64,000 nucleotides of DNA from Rhizodiscina lignyota (lineage: Eukaryota): positions 620,001 through 684,000 of the forward strand of contig ML978134.1 of assembly GCA_010015805.1 (NCBI GenBank), read 5' to 3'. This document shows positions 1-11,741 of the stretch, piece after piece; positions within the stretch are counted from its first letter, which is position 1; each line of letters opens with the position of its first letter. Below the pieces are notes generated by a model. The model saw only the letters and a list, made by a program, of their open reading frames with translations. It made no database searches and was not told where the DNA came from. A program made the position numbers and the translations under genes.

Positions 1-729
1 CCCGGGTTTGCGGCGCAGAGCGCCTTCACAGCAGTCGCGATGGCGGAGGAGGGTGTGATTGGAGCGGCGGAACCATTGGAGGGGAGATATGGACTTCTCA
101 CCTGCTTTGGCGATGGCAAGGGTCATTGGACTATGAAGCCTTTGAAACAGCATTGGGAGCTGCTAGGGACGGCAGTAAAACCTTGGCCGGCGTGCCGCTT
201 TGCGCACGGTCAGATCGAGCTCGCCGGGGAGATGGGTGAGAAGAGCCAAGGGAAGCGAGTGAAGAGTCTGACAGTCAAAATGGGACCAAGTCCATACCAA
301 ATCATAGGAGAGCCTGTAGAACACAAACTTCGGCCGAAGAACATTGTCGAGGCGCAGTTCAGCAGCTACTACCAAACAGCCGTTGCTTGGCTGCGAGGCT
401 CAAAGCTGGGCTGGAAGGTCTACGACTTGGTTGGCGACTCTGACGTCTTGGAATTTATAACGAAAATTACCATTGACGTCGACAAGTCGTATGACTTTCT
501 GGAGACGGCTATTGATGTTGAGTATGAGGATGGCTCGAAGGAGAATCGCTTCCTAAAGGCGCCGAAGGGAGAGCAGGTCAACCCCGTGACATGGGAAGGG
601 GAAAAGGAGAAGTTCATGGGTTTCGCTGAAGCCGTTTACGGAGAAAATAGGTGTAAGGAGATATGCGATGTAGTAGGCAAGTTGGAGCAGCATGGGATCA
701 GCGAGCTCATGTCGCTGGTAAGAAAGTGA
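1..729 (+). CDS. MmgE/PrpD family protein (2-methylcitrate dehydratase / aconitate decarboxylase-like), 5' end outside window
   Basis: Frame is open from base 1 (PGFAAQSAFTAVAMAEEG). Family-like motifs: LEGRYG, KPWPACRFAH, EAQFSSYY, PKGEQVNP. Confidence 0.85.
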   Translation, partial: PGFAAQSAFTAVAMAEEGVIGAAEPLEGRYGLLTCFGDGKGHWTMKPLKQHWELLGTAVKPWPACRFAHGQIELAGEMGEKSQGKRVKSLTVKMGPSPYQIIGEPVEHKLRPKNIVEAQFSSYYQTAVAWLRGSKLGWKVYDLVGDSDVLEFITKITIDVDKSYDFLETAIDVEYEDGSKENRFLKAPKGEQVNPVTWEGEKEKFMGFAEAVYGENRCKEICDVVGKLEQHGISELMSLVRK

Positions 730-1098
730 AAAAGCGCAGACATTGGAAAGAGAAGAGATGTCATCGTCTTTATTGGCGTAACTGGCTCCGTGGAATTTCA
801 AAATTCGTCGATCTCGCGAGGTATCACCACACCAGACTGCTTACCCGCCTGTCCCGGCCCTGTTGAGGACCGGGCATGACGAAGGATCCTGGATACATTC
901 GGAAGATATGCGTGGGCCTCAACTGCCCCGACGATCAGAATATTTATGGGCGCAGGAACTTGAGGGGATCGAATTGCCAGAGGGACATTTGATCAGCATC
1001 TCAACGATTAGTGAACCTTGCATTCCTAGCCGACGTCGCGATCTATTTGGTCGGGAGGGCGTTAGGTAGTTGGCATTCTGCCGCTGGTTCTAGGGAAA

Positions 1099-2481
1099 TC
1101 ACATGAAGTAACCGCCATTTGGTTTCTCAGCCAGTATAGGCTCTACACCTGGCTGGACCGAACCCCATGGCCCTTTTGTCAGCTCCCATTCATGATCTGT
1201 CAGCCCAAGGTGTGCCCACTTATTGTGTGCGGCCTCTTGATATTGTAAGTGTACGCAGTGGTCAGTGCAAGCCACATGGGCAGCTTCAAGAAATTGTCTG
1301 AACTTGTTTGCAATCCATTCTCCATGCATATGCTGTTCGAAGGCTGTGTACAGCTCGTCGAAGCCAGGACGAATGGTCAGAGCACCATGAAGCTGTCGCC
1401 AGCATCGTTCCATGCTTGCATCATATTTTTCCGGCACCATCGCTTGAGGCAGTTGAAAACAGAATAAATGGACAAGTGATAGGTCCCGAGCCGTCCACTG
1501 GTTCCTGAAGCTCAGGGCGAGGTGCAGAGAGAGGTATCGAACTATGTCCAAGAATAGCTCAGTTGCCTTCATAGAATAGTCGACTTGGAAAGTAATATCT
1601 GAGCCTTGCACGATTGAGAGCAGCCCATAAACCTTGTCTCGTGGATCACTGCATTTGTTAGCATGGAACTGGAGGAGAGCCGTGCGTAGTGGGCTCCTCG
1701 TGCGTGTCGTCGCATATGTGATCAGGTAGTTCACGTGCTTGGGTAAAGGAATTGTCCCAAATGTCCACCGGCGTATTAAGTCAAGATATTCCCAAGGCAT
1801 ATGTATATCGCCGCCATAAACAACAATCTTTGCCGCCAAGAGCAGCTCTTGAACAATCCATAAACGTTCCCAGTAGTCGATGGCAAAGAAACGCTGGACC
1901 GCCGGTTGTATATTGCTCCAGTCGGAAGGGCTCTCGAGTGATCCATACATGCCAGACGGATTATAGGTACCTCGAGAGTGTTTCACCAGATACCGCATGG
2001 TGGTGTCATTCTCCGAGTCGAGCAGCCCTAGCCAGACGATGACTTCGGATGCAGACGAATATATGCCGGACAGCATCATGACTTGTTGATTCTTTTCTGT
2101 CACTGTTTCCTGGTCAATGCACAGCTGATCAATCCAAAGCTCGTCGTGGCACGCTTGAGATCTCTGAAGTATTCTCAAGAAGTTGTATAGGTTTTGCCGC
2201 ACTTGTTTCGTCTTTCCATTGATCAAGATCTCGAAGGACGGAGTTGCGGGGCCCCATGTGTACGACAAAGCACGGTAGGTCGGCCACTTCTGCGTAGTGG
2301 CATCCAAGTCAACGTGACGAATTAAGCATTCGATGGGTCCGTCACCGCTTCCGGAAATTCGTATGAGGCGTATTTGCTTCTTAGAGATACTGAGCGGTTG
2401 GTAGACAAAAACATCTGTATTGGACAAGATCGGACTTTCTGATGCGTGCCCACCGTGCATAGAAAGTGATATTGCAGACAT
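1099..2481 (-). CDS. Heterokaryon incompatibility (HET) domain protein
   Basis: HET motifs YRALSYTWG, LWIDQLCIDQ, EKNQQV..IYSSASEVIVWLG, YWERLWIVQELLLA, CSDPRDKVYGLL. Intronless; first ATG at 2481. Confidence 0.92.
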   Translation of the reverse strand: MSAISLSMHGGHASESPILSNTDVFVYQPLSISKKQIRLIRISGSGDGPIECLIRHVDLDATTQKWPTYRALSYTWGPATPSFEILINGKTKQVRQNLYNFLRILQRSQACHDELWIDQLCIDQETVTEKNQQVMMLSGIYSSASEVIVWLGLLDSENDTTMRYLVKHSRGTYNPSGMYGSLESPSDWSNIQPAVQRFFAIDYWERLWIVQELLLAAKIVVYGGDIHMPWEYLDLIRRWTFGTIPLPKHVNYLITYATTRTRSPLRTALLQFHANKCSDPRDKVYGLLSIVQGSDITFQVDYSMKATELFLDIVRYLSLHLALSFRNQWTARDLSLVHLFCFQLPQAMVPEKYDASMERCWRQLHGALTIRPGFDELYTAFEQHMHGEWIANKFRQFLEAAHVACTDHCVHLQYQEAAHNKWAHLGLTDHEWELTKGPWGSVQPGVEPILAEKPNGGYFM

Positions 2482-3148
2482 ATTGTCCACTTTGTGCCCT
2501 CTGCCTGATGGACTGTTGCTTCGGTCACAACAGGACGCTACGACAATAGAGCTTCATAATCGGGAATGATGAAGATGTACGTGAAATCTTCAGGAAAAGA
2601 GGTTGGCAAATGGTGGAGAGCGGGCCGCGGCTTATTATCTGGGTGGCTCCTGAAACACGAGGCGCTCTGTGCTGGAAGTACATCTACAAGGCACTTCAGG
2701 AACAAGTCTGACCACCTTGAGCAGCCAATACCATGGCATTTAGCTCTTCACGAGACTAATGATGTCGACTCGAGCCAGCAGAAACGCGTTCCATCGTGAG
2801 CGCGATGCGCAATCGCTGTTCTATGTTGGTCACCATCCACAATGCACAGAACTGCGCCATATCTACTTAACGTGACACATTTGCCTGCTGCATATATTGA
2901 CTGGATCCTGAGTATCAAGTCTCGGGCGTCTCTAACCCCAGCAGATTGATGGGATGACCTGCTGTGCCGCAATTCTGGCGCCAGCATCCTTGCACGGAGG
3001 CTTGAAGGATTGTGCTCACCTTACACTCTCTCAAACCACTACTTATCGATTATGATCGCAGATACATGACTCTGACCACTTTATCAACCGTTCGTTAAGC
3101 TTCTTCTGCGATTCACCCATGAGAGGGCGACCTGACCAACTTTCATAA

Positions 3149-6100
3149 ATGGAAGATGATTCCTTGCAGGCGAATAACATCAAAGAGCTCGAAAAAGGGC
3201 GTGCTTTCATTGATAAGGTCAGGAAGAAGAATGGCGGGCTCACAAAGGCTCAACGAGAGCGTCTGCAGCGTGAAGACCCAGAGATTCTTGAATCGTTCGA
3301 TAACTTGCGCTCCCAATTGAGTTCATCCACGCAACTGTTAGTGTCATACCATAGACGCCTTGAGTCTATTGTGATTGAGTAAATCTTTTAACTATTCGTA
3401 GCCTCGCCGAACAGCTCTATACAAAACCTACACGCTTCGTCTACGAGCTCATTCAAAATGCGGAGGACAACCGCTACGAGAAGACAAACGAACTCCCATG
3501 GCTTGCCTTTACTCTGAAAGAGGACAAGGTCATCATCGACTCGAACGAAGACGGATTCACAGAAGAAGACATCAGCGCAATATGCGCTATCGCTAAAAGC
3601 ACCAAGTCGACACGCCCGGGCTACATTGGAGAGAAGGGCATTGGTTTCAAATCAGTCTTTAATGTTGCGCAAAAGGTACACGTGCAATCTGGGCCTTACT
3701 CTTTCGCATTCGAATACCGGAAAAGTGACAAGGACGACAACGGGCTAGGCATGGTCACACCCTTGAACGAAGATGCTAACAAGCTTCCTGAGCGTGTACG
3801 AACGAGAACGATCCTCTACCTTCTCGAAAATTATGATCGTGAACAACTTTTGCAAGAGCTTTTGGGTCTACCTGACACTCTGCTGCTATTTCTCACCAAG
3901 CTGAGACGCTTGACTCTTCGCTTCAAGGTTCCAGCGCAGGACATAACGGAGATCCAGTACCTCATGCCTTCTCATGTTGACTCAGATCCCGCAAACATTA
4001 CTCGGATCATCAAAACGACATCTGGAAAGAATAGCTCGGAGGTTGTGAGAAGGTTCTACGTCCAGAGGCACCACGTCAGCAACATGCCCGCGGATCCTGC
4101 TCGTAAAATGGTCCACGAAGCTGAAGTTGTTCTGGGCTTCCCCTTAGACGAGAGCAATACGCCTATCATCGAAGACCAGCACGTCTTTGCCTACCTTCCG
4201 CTGAAGAAGGCTGGTTATACGGTGCGTGCTGCACCATTTGTGCTCCCTGGAGTGATAAACGGGTTATAGATGCTGATCAAAAAAATACTTAGTTCCTCAT
4301 TCAGTCGGACTTCATCACCCAGGCCAACCGAGAAGATCTTGCAGACTCTGCATGGAATAGGCGTTTGATTGGAGAAGTGGCCGAAACATTCTGTAGCGCC
4401 GTGATCGACCCGAAGGGATTCCTCAACCACTCCAGACTGCGACACAGTTGGGTTCGCTTTCTTCCAACTTCGCACGTTGCGGATGAATTTTGGGGACGCC
4501 TGAAAGCCAACATAATAACTATGATGCGCGAAAAGCCCGTGTTCTACTCGGCAGATGAATCGCAGTGGCTGCCATCTTCTTTGCGTATCGTTGGCTCAAA
4601 ATTTCGAGATGAAGATGATGAGCCACTCTTGCGCGATCATAAAGGGCTTGCGGATGCGTACATCTCAAGATCATACGATACAGCCGACGACCTACCTGTG
4701 CTTCAACGTGCTCACCAAAAGCAACCCACTGACACATCGGCTGTCTTCAGGATATACTCCCGCTTGCAGAGATATTCCGACGCCACGGACGTAAGTAGTA
4801 TACGGTAAGTTACCCTGCTCCACTTTCATGCAAGCAGTTTTTGACATCTTTGCCATTAGTACAACCTTTAATGATGATCTCGTGCTGCTTCCTCCAGGCG
4901 ACGGCCGAAGTGTCTGCTGTTGGACAAGTGTCCAACATGTCCTTTGGGATGGCCCCGACTGGTATACTTACATGACCTGTCTCAGATCTTTCAACGAGTA
5001 CCGTTCGTTGCAATCCCTGTTCACTGAGGTCCTAGCCCTGAAAGATGCGTCGATACCTCAGTTTCTGGACTTCTTGTGCGAGATCTCTAGGGGAGGAAGT
5101 AGCTCGCCAAATTTGGACAAGGTCACTTCACTGTACGACAAGCTAGGAGAAGCATCAGGCGAAAATAACGCTTCTTCTCCGGAAGCAGTCCGGTAAGTTT
5201 GTAGCTTCTCAGCCACAGCCACTCGACTCTGACTGTGTCAGACTTCGCGTAGAGCAAGAGAAACTTGTCTACTACCCTGGAAGCAAGACCTGGCATGCTC
5301 CATCATCTTGTATATGGGCGCCGGCCAAGGTTCAACTACCAGGCAAAGTCTCTCTTGCTACAGCATACACGAAACAGCGTCGATTCTTCGAGGATGTGCT
5401 GGAAATACCCAAGCCAAGCGTGCACATGCATATTGCTGCTCTCCAGGACCGAGCACGAACGCATCCCAACAAGGCTGCAATCTTTCATGAGATGCAAAAC
5501 ATCTGCGCATTCAGCCCCTCTGCTGATTTGCTACGGGACAAGCTCGCAGATTGTACATGCTTCCCAATTCGGCGACCATCAGGCAAGATTGATTGGATGG
5601 CCAGCGCCGAAGGGTTCGCCATCGCAGATCGCAAAGAGTACGCTTCGATTTTTAGAGACAAAATCGACATTCTCGATTTCTCACTGGATGAGATACATGC
5701 TGTGCGAGCTGTACTTTCGGCGCTTGGCTTGGAAAGGCAGTTCATGTCAAAAGCAGTCAGAGAAGAGACCAAGGTCAAAGATGGAATGCCGCTTGACAGT
5801 CTTACAGCCGATTTGCGCAGCAAGGCCTACGCCATCTGTCGGTAAGTCTTAGCGTGGACACCCGTTCTCTATTTGTCTGTGCTGAAATATAAAGTTTCGC
5901 TGTCCACCTTGGAAGTAGTACTGCTAGGGCTGCCTTTTCAAAGCTCCAGGCTCTTGAAGTGTTTACAAGCGATGGTATTTCGAAGAGTGTGTCTATCACT
6001 CAAAACGGGCGCAGTCGGTCTGTGCAAGTGTCTACGGCCTACTTTCACGTAGTTCAGACCGAAGACCGCTTCAAGCTCTACGTACCCGAAGAATTGCGAC

Positions 6101-7359
6101 GAAGACATGTCTGCCTAGCTCGACAGTTACCTATCAAAATGCTCGAAAGCCTCGGCGTCCCCGACCTGACTTTGGGAGTTGGACTGGGCTCCATCATAAC
6201 AGCATCTAGCCTGTTTGTGGTAGACGCAATTCTCGATGAAGATGGCATCATCAGCCTCCCAGACCTTGGTCGTCCAGAAGAAGAGAGCCAAGATGCACCG
6301 TCGACAGTCAGCTCTTTTGCAGGGATCGCTAGCCCTGACTCTTCAGATGCGAGCGCAAATCGGATAACCCCCGGCCGAAGCCCGACTCTCGAGAGCCACA
6401 ACGTTTCCGAAATAGAAGTCGAGCCAGAAGTCATTGGTAGCCAACCAAGCTCTGTCTCTACATATCGTACAGCAGGACCCCATGCCCAGTACTCTCAAGC
6501 AAGAATCACTCCCATACGAGCGCCGTCCATTAATGAAGTTGATTCAAGCCAGCCGCCTTCGGAACCAATACCAGCGACACCACAACCAGAGGAGCCTGAA
6601 CTCTACGAAGATCTCCTCGATGCTGTCATTAATCAGGCAGCGAGCCTCGGCGGCCTTCCTGTTGCTGGACATCACTTGATATCTACAGATCCCGCGCAGC
6701 TTTGGATCGACACTAGCGTGGCAGTCCGCTCAATGGATCCAGGGGACTATTTGAACAAGATTGGCGCCGCTGGTGAATTATTTGTACGCTCTGCACATTT
6801 AAGGTCGTCCGCAATTCCCACTGATAAACTATAGGTATTCGAACTCCTGAGAAGTCTGGACCTGCCTGATTTTGGCCGTGCACAGTGGCGGAGCACAATC
6901 CGACACCGAGTCCGCGTCCATGGGCTCTACTGTAATTTGCGGCAGTGGACAGGATCGGAGACTGCAGACATTGTTTACCGCGACCGCCAATTGAAACTGA
7001 CGGAAATCCTCATCGAGAATGGGTACCTCTTTCCAACGTCAGGCCAGCCGCCCTTTTCCATTCCTGAAAGCGTTGCCGACTCGGCCTCATGGGAGAGGCG
7101 ACGACCCAAATACTACATCGAAGTGAAGACAACTCCCGGTCCGCTCGACGCGCCATTCTTCTGCAGCGAGGGCCAGGTCCAGAGGATGGAGGATATGAAG
7201 TTCAGGAACGCCCTGCCGTCTAAAATTTACTTGATCGCCAGGGTGTTTGGGCTCGGATCATCTGGCATGGGCGTCAAGTTGTACGTGGATCCTGCGACGA
7301 TGCGAGAGCATGGGCGGCTCAACTTCAGAGGTGGGAAGTATACCGTGACGCCAGGGTGA
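3149..7359 (+). CDS. Sacsin/NO VEIN-like GHKL ATPase with C-terminal DUF3883 (NOV_C)-like PD-(D/E)xK domain, about 1288 aa, 7 exons
   Basis: Introns 3337-3401, 4222-4292, 4805-4859, 5193-5241, 5842-5894 and 6784-6834 give one continuous frame (3867 nt). GHKL motifs YELIQNAEDN, DSNEDGF, IGEKGIGFKSVF. C-terminal IGAAGELF..ADIVY..YYIEVKTT. Confidence 0.85.
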
Positions 7360-7693
7360 GCCACTTCCATACATCGCCATGGATTTAGTCATTTCAGCCA
7401 CTCTTGACCATTGAAGATGATGTCGTGGAACTCATGTAACATTCGAAGAAGCGCTTCTTGTGAAACTCCTTCCAATATATCCTCGAAAATCGTTATTCTT
7501 CGGCCATCTTAATCTCTAGAAGTTGTTATAGTAGCTGATATCAGTCCCGTAACTGATAATCTCGGAAATATCTATAAGAAACGTCTGCGGGGCTTTGGGG
7601 GGGGGTCCGAAACTGGGACGCTAAGTAGAGCCGGAGAGACGCACAGGATGCGCCAAGATATTTTATTATTAGTTAAGTCTTACATAACCATTC

Positions 7694-10149
7694 TTATAGT
7701 TCTTCTCTCTCCTTCTTGGCAGCCATCTTCCGCGCATGGACTTCCCCCTGAATAGCACCAAGCAAGCCAATATGCCTAGCAAGATCCTGAGGCATATAAT
7801 CTGGCAAACCAACGTACGGATTCCCAGACTCCGCTGTTTCTAGAAGTTGTGCTGCAACCTTAGCATTATCGAGTCTTGCACCTTGACCTGTGAGCCACGA
7901 ATGGACACCATGGACGGCGCTTTCGAGAGCCCCGACTACCCATGCATGATGTGGACTCGCAGCCTCACCGACGATAACGAGATCGCCGGATGGTTCGATG
8001 ATGCGCGGCCAGATTGTGCTGAATTGCTGGGGACGGAAGAAGGCGAATGCGCCCATGGTGTGGGGATCGTGTGTCCAATCATGGGAGTAGTGGTCCATGT
8101 AATTGCATTTGATGGTGTTCTCATAGAACTTTTTGATGTCTTCTTCCTTGCCAGTCGTGGTATGCATACGTGCCAGGTCCCAGAGTAATTGATCTATGAG
8201 CCCCATGCGAGCGTCGTCCGCATTTCTTGCCTTGTGAAGATCGGTGTCGAGCTCGGGATGTTTCCAGTCATAGTCGGGCAGACTGGATATCATAGCGCCC
8301 ATACGTTCGGCATCTTGTTGCCAGCTGTACGAGCAGAGTAGGACTGCGTGTGTATCTGATTTATCTTCGATATTGTACGATGGGTAGACGCAAGTGCGAA
8401 TCATCAAGTCAGAATGGCCGAGACCGCCGGACGTGATTGGCGGCTGAAGACTGTGGATCCACCAGGCTGTCTTGAACTTGATTGCCACCTTGGCAGATGG
8501 GCCGTAGCCTAGCGATCGAGTAGCTTGCTTGGTACCGTAGTTCACCCCCGCAGTGGAAAGATCCATTTGTTGAAGACAGGCTAAGGTGGTCGAATTGAAC
8601 AAGACATTGTACTGCTTGGTTTCTACAGTTGGGTCGCCTGAGCCTTGAGAGTTGGAGACAGTCAGATTGATCCCTTGGTCATTAGGACTGCTCGACGTAT
8701 TATAAGTGCTGATTGCTGTACTTTTCATAGCGTATTGAGGCTTCTGGCCCTGGAGCGGTTTTTCCATTCTCTTGGCAAGTTCTTGTGCACCGCCAAGAAC
8801 GCAGTAGAATGGCCATGGGCCCTTCGATGGATCGTATGCGTAATCGAAGTCCAAGCTTTCGAAAACATTTTCGCTATGAGCTTGATCATACCAATCCATA
8901 CCACTGGAGCAATTAGACTATGATAGCTGCATACGCAGTGTGTTCGTTGGCTTACCCATTGAAAGTCTCCATCCATTCCACCTCATCATATGAATAAGGC
9001 CGACCAGGAAGTGGGGGCGGATCAGAAGAGTTGTCGTCTGACGGAGGAGCACTGTAATGGTTAGCCCAATGTGCTTCGCTTTGAATTAGCGGAGGCGGTA
9101 GGATGGTCCACTGATAATGAACAGAACGATCGAGCACGCACCTGATGAGATACTGACGAGTACTCTGCTCGTCATAGTTCATGAGGTAGGACCAAGCGTC
9201 GTCGTCGCCGTTAATGAATTTGTCGCGCAGGTCTTGGACTGACGTCTGGAAAGCACCTCCTGGATTGTTTCCAAGAAGACTATGAATGAGTTTCAGTCTA
9301 TATTCTTGCCTTTCTCACGAAGTCCACTTACTTGGTGCGGATACCAGTCTGGCCATTCTCATCGAAGCTGAACGCATCGAATGTAGGACTCGACTTCGCG
9401 ATGATGTTGTCTAGATCCCCAAACTGAGTGATATCGTTGTAGTGCCAATACTCTGCTGCGTAGGGGTTCTTCTTGTTATCTGGAGCAGGGTGGTAGATGA
9501 TATTGCCTTGGCCGTCTGTCGCTGGCTTCTTCATGTAGTATGGAACAAGATCACCAATTTCTGCATCGGCCAAGTCCTTGATGTTCATGCCAAGCTTGGC
9601 AAAGAGATCGAATATCCTAAACTTGTTAGTCCAGACGTGACAATCAATCCATTTTTAACATACCTCTGCATGACTGGGTTATTTGGAAATCATGGCTCCC
9701 ACATCGTAATATGTGTGAATGTCTTTATCAAGATCAACAATCTCTAGGAAATTGTACGTGTAGAGACGACCGCCGACTCTGCTCGAATCCGCGGCCTCGA
9801 TGATTTCGTAATCGAAGTGGATCTGGCCGGTACATTCCTGGTTTAGATAGTCAAAGATGAGTGCCGTGAACAAACCAGCCGCACCGGCTCCGACAATGCC
9901 GACTTGAACCGTACTCAAGTCGTTCGAAGTACGTCCTGGGAGTTCGAGTTCGAGCGGTTCGTTTGGGCCGATCTTGTGAAGCCCTCCGTCGAAAAAGGAT
10001 GGAAATCTCGGAACTGACCCGTTATCCTGCTTTCGCTCGCTCTCAAACTTGTCAACCCATCTATTGTGGACCACGTTGGCGCTGTTTCTAGCGACCCGCT
10101 TGGCCCACTCATTGCGAACCGATACAAGATTTTTCTGGGGAGTGGCCAT
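7694..10149 (-). pseudogene. Flavin-dependent L-amino-acid/amine oxidase with one frameshift near 9690 (pseudogene or sequence error)
   Basis: GAGAAG Rossmann motif, RVGGRLYT, YYDVGAM, C-terminal GEAASPHHAWVVGALESA. The expected GAMRFP reads ATG-A-TTT-CCA, two bases short. The downstream exons splice in frame. Confidence 0.8.
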
Positions 10150-11202
10150 TTCGGCTTAATAATATCAGATGGTTACAGTTGGTAAAGACGTGTGATAATG
10201 TGTTGGGAAATTATGATTATGGAGATTCAGCCGTCATCAATGTTATATAGCCTTCAAGTTTGAATAGCATGCAAATAGTAAATGCCAAGAGACGTTCAAC
10301 GGTGCAGTCTAGAGATCGGTGAAGGATAAGGTATACTACAACGAGATAGAAAACCTAGGACCTTTTGCCGAGAACCCCATCCAATGAACCTGCCACGATG
10401 GTGATTTTCTCACCACTATGAGAGTCCAGATCTTCAGCTGTTCGGTTAGGTTGTGCCACGAGGCCATCTTTTACTCATTCCCAGCACTGGGATGCAAGGA
10501 CGAGAACTTAAAACACGGGCCGTTCCTGGGGTAGTGACGGGCCGCAATCGCAGAAGGTTGCATGAGCTGAAAACTAGCAACTATCTTAGCATTGTGCGTT
10601 CCGATAAAGCCATTTGCATGAGGAGGGCGGTTCGATGGATGTTCAGCTCAACTTTCAGCTCATGCAAGCACTGTTCTTCACTCAACCAGGGCGCACCTGC
10701 GGAAAGTCCCTATTGTGCGTCGCTAACGACCTCTGCATGTTCTAGATCATTCTGTTGGTGTGTTTGTGATTAGCAGCAAGAATTTGGGTCTGATGCGAAG
10801 GACCTCCCGAGGTTGAGAGGGATGGTGCACGTGAGTCGGCTTGGCATCGACTCGGAACCTTCTCCACAGCGCCACGCCTTGATTTCCATACTGGCATTCC
10901 TTCTCTCACTCTACATTGCAGCTTTTGGCTCTAGACCGCCATGTTATATACACGCACCATGTTCTCTTTCTCTGCATCTTATTGATTGATGAAGCCGAAG
11001 AGTCTCGACCCCGTTATCCTGTATGAGAGAGACAATACGAGAGAGCTTCTTTCTGGATCTCCTGAGAGGATGGTAGCGGCCTCGATACTTTTGGTTTACC
11101 ATTGGCGATATGCAGATATCGGTTGATTTACCGTACATCACGTCCCGCAGACCCTCAAGAATGGCTGTAGATCTGCTCTATGCGCATACTTCCCATTCAC
11201 TT

Positions 11203-11478
11203 TCACCAAACCCGCCGCCTCATTCTCCTTCTGAGTCTTCTGGCTCCACTAGCAACAGGGAAGTGATAAAAGCGCCGACCGTTCTTGTCATTGGGAATTC
11301 TTGCGTTGTCGGCATCGAAGAGATATCCCCAGATTTTCTTGCGAAGCTCCAGAGGCAGCGGGAAGTTTGCAAGATTACTGTGATTTGAGGAGGAAGCGGT
11401 ATCGGAATCATCGCTCTTGAGGAGATCGACGGCCGTGGTAGAAAGCTTGTGGGGTGACCACTGCTTCGAGCCAGCCAT
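11203..11478 (-). pseudogene. Probable gene remnant with an F-box-like motif
   Basis: LPLELRKKIWGYLF resembles fungal F-box-like N-termini. The frame degrades into R-rich sequence and stops, and no clear continuation was found. Confidence 0.35.
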
Positions 11479-11741
11479 AATTACAATTACTGACGGCTTG
11501 AAATTTGGGGGACTTGAAAACGTGAAAAGAACTGGGGTGAGGTGAAAATAAGGTTGAAAGAGAGTTAACTGCCAGGCAGCAAGAGTAGCAGGTCGCAACT
11601 TCCCTTGAGTTGAAGTCCCAGTCGCGCGCCAAGACAGTAAGGCAGTTGCATCGTTAGCACGCCAAGCCTATTGGCTTGAATATTATCGAGCAGTCTATTC
11701 GATGCAAAAATCTCAGTTTTTTCATATTGGAGGCTACTGCA

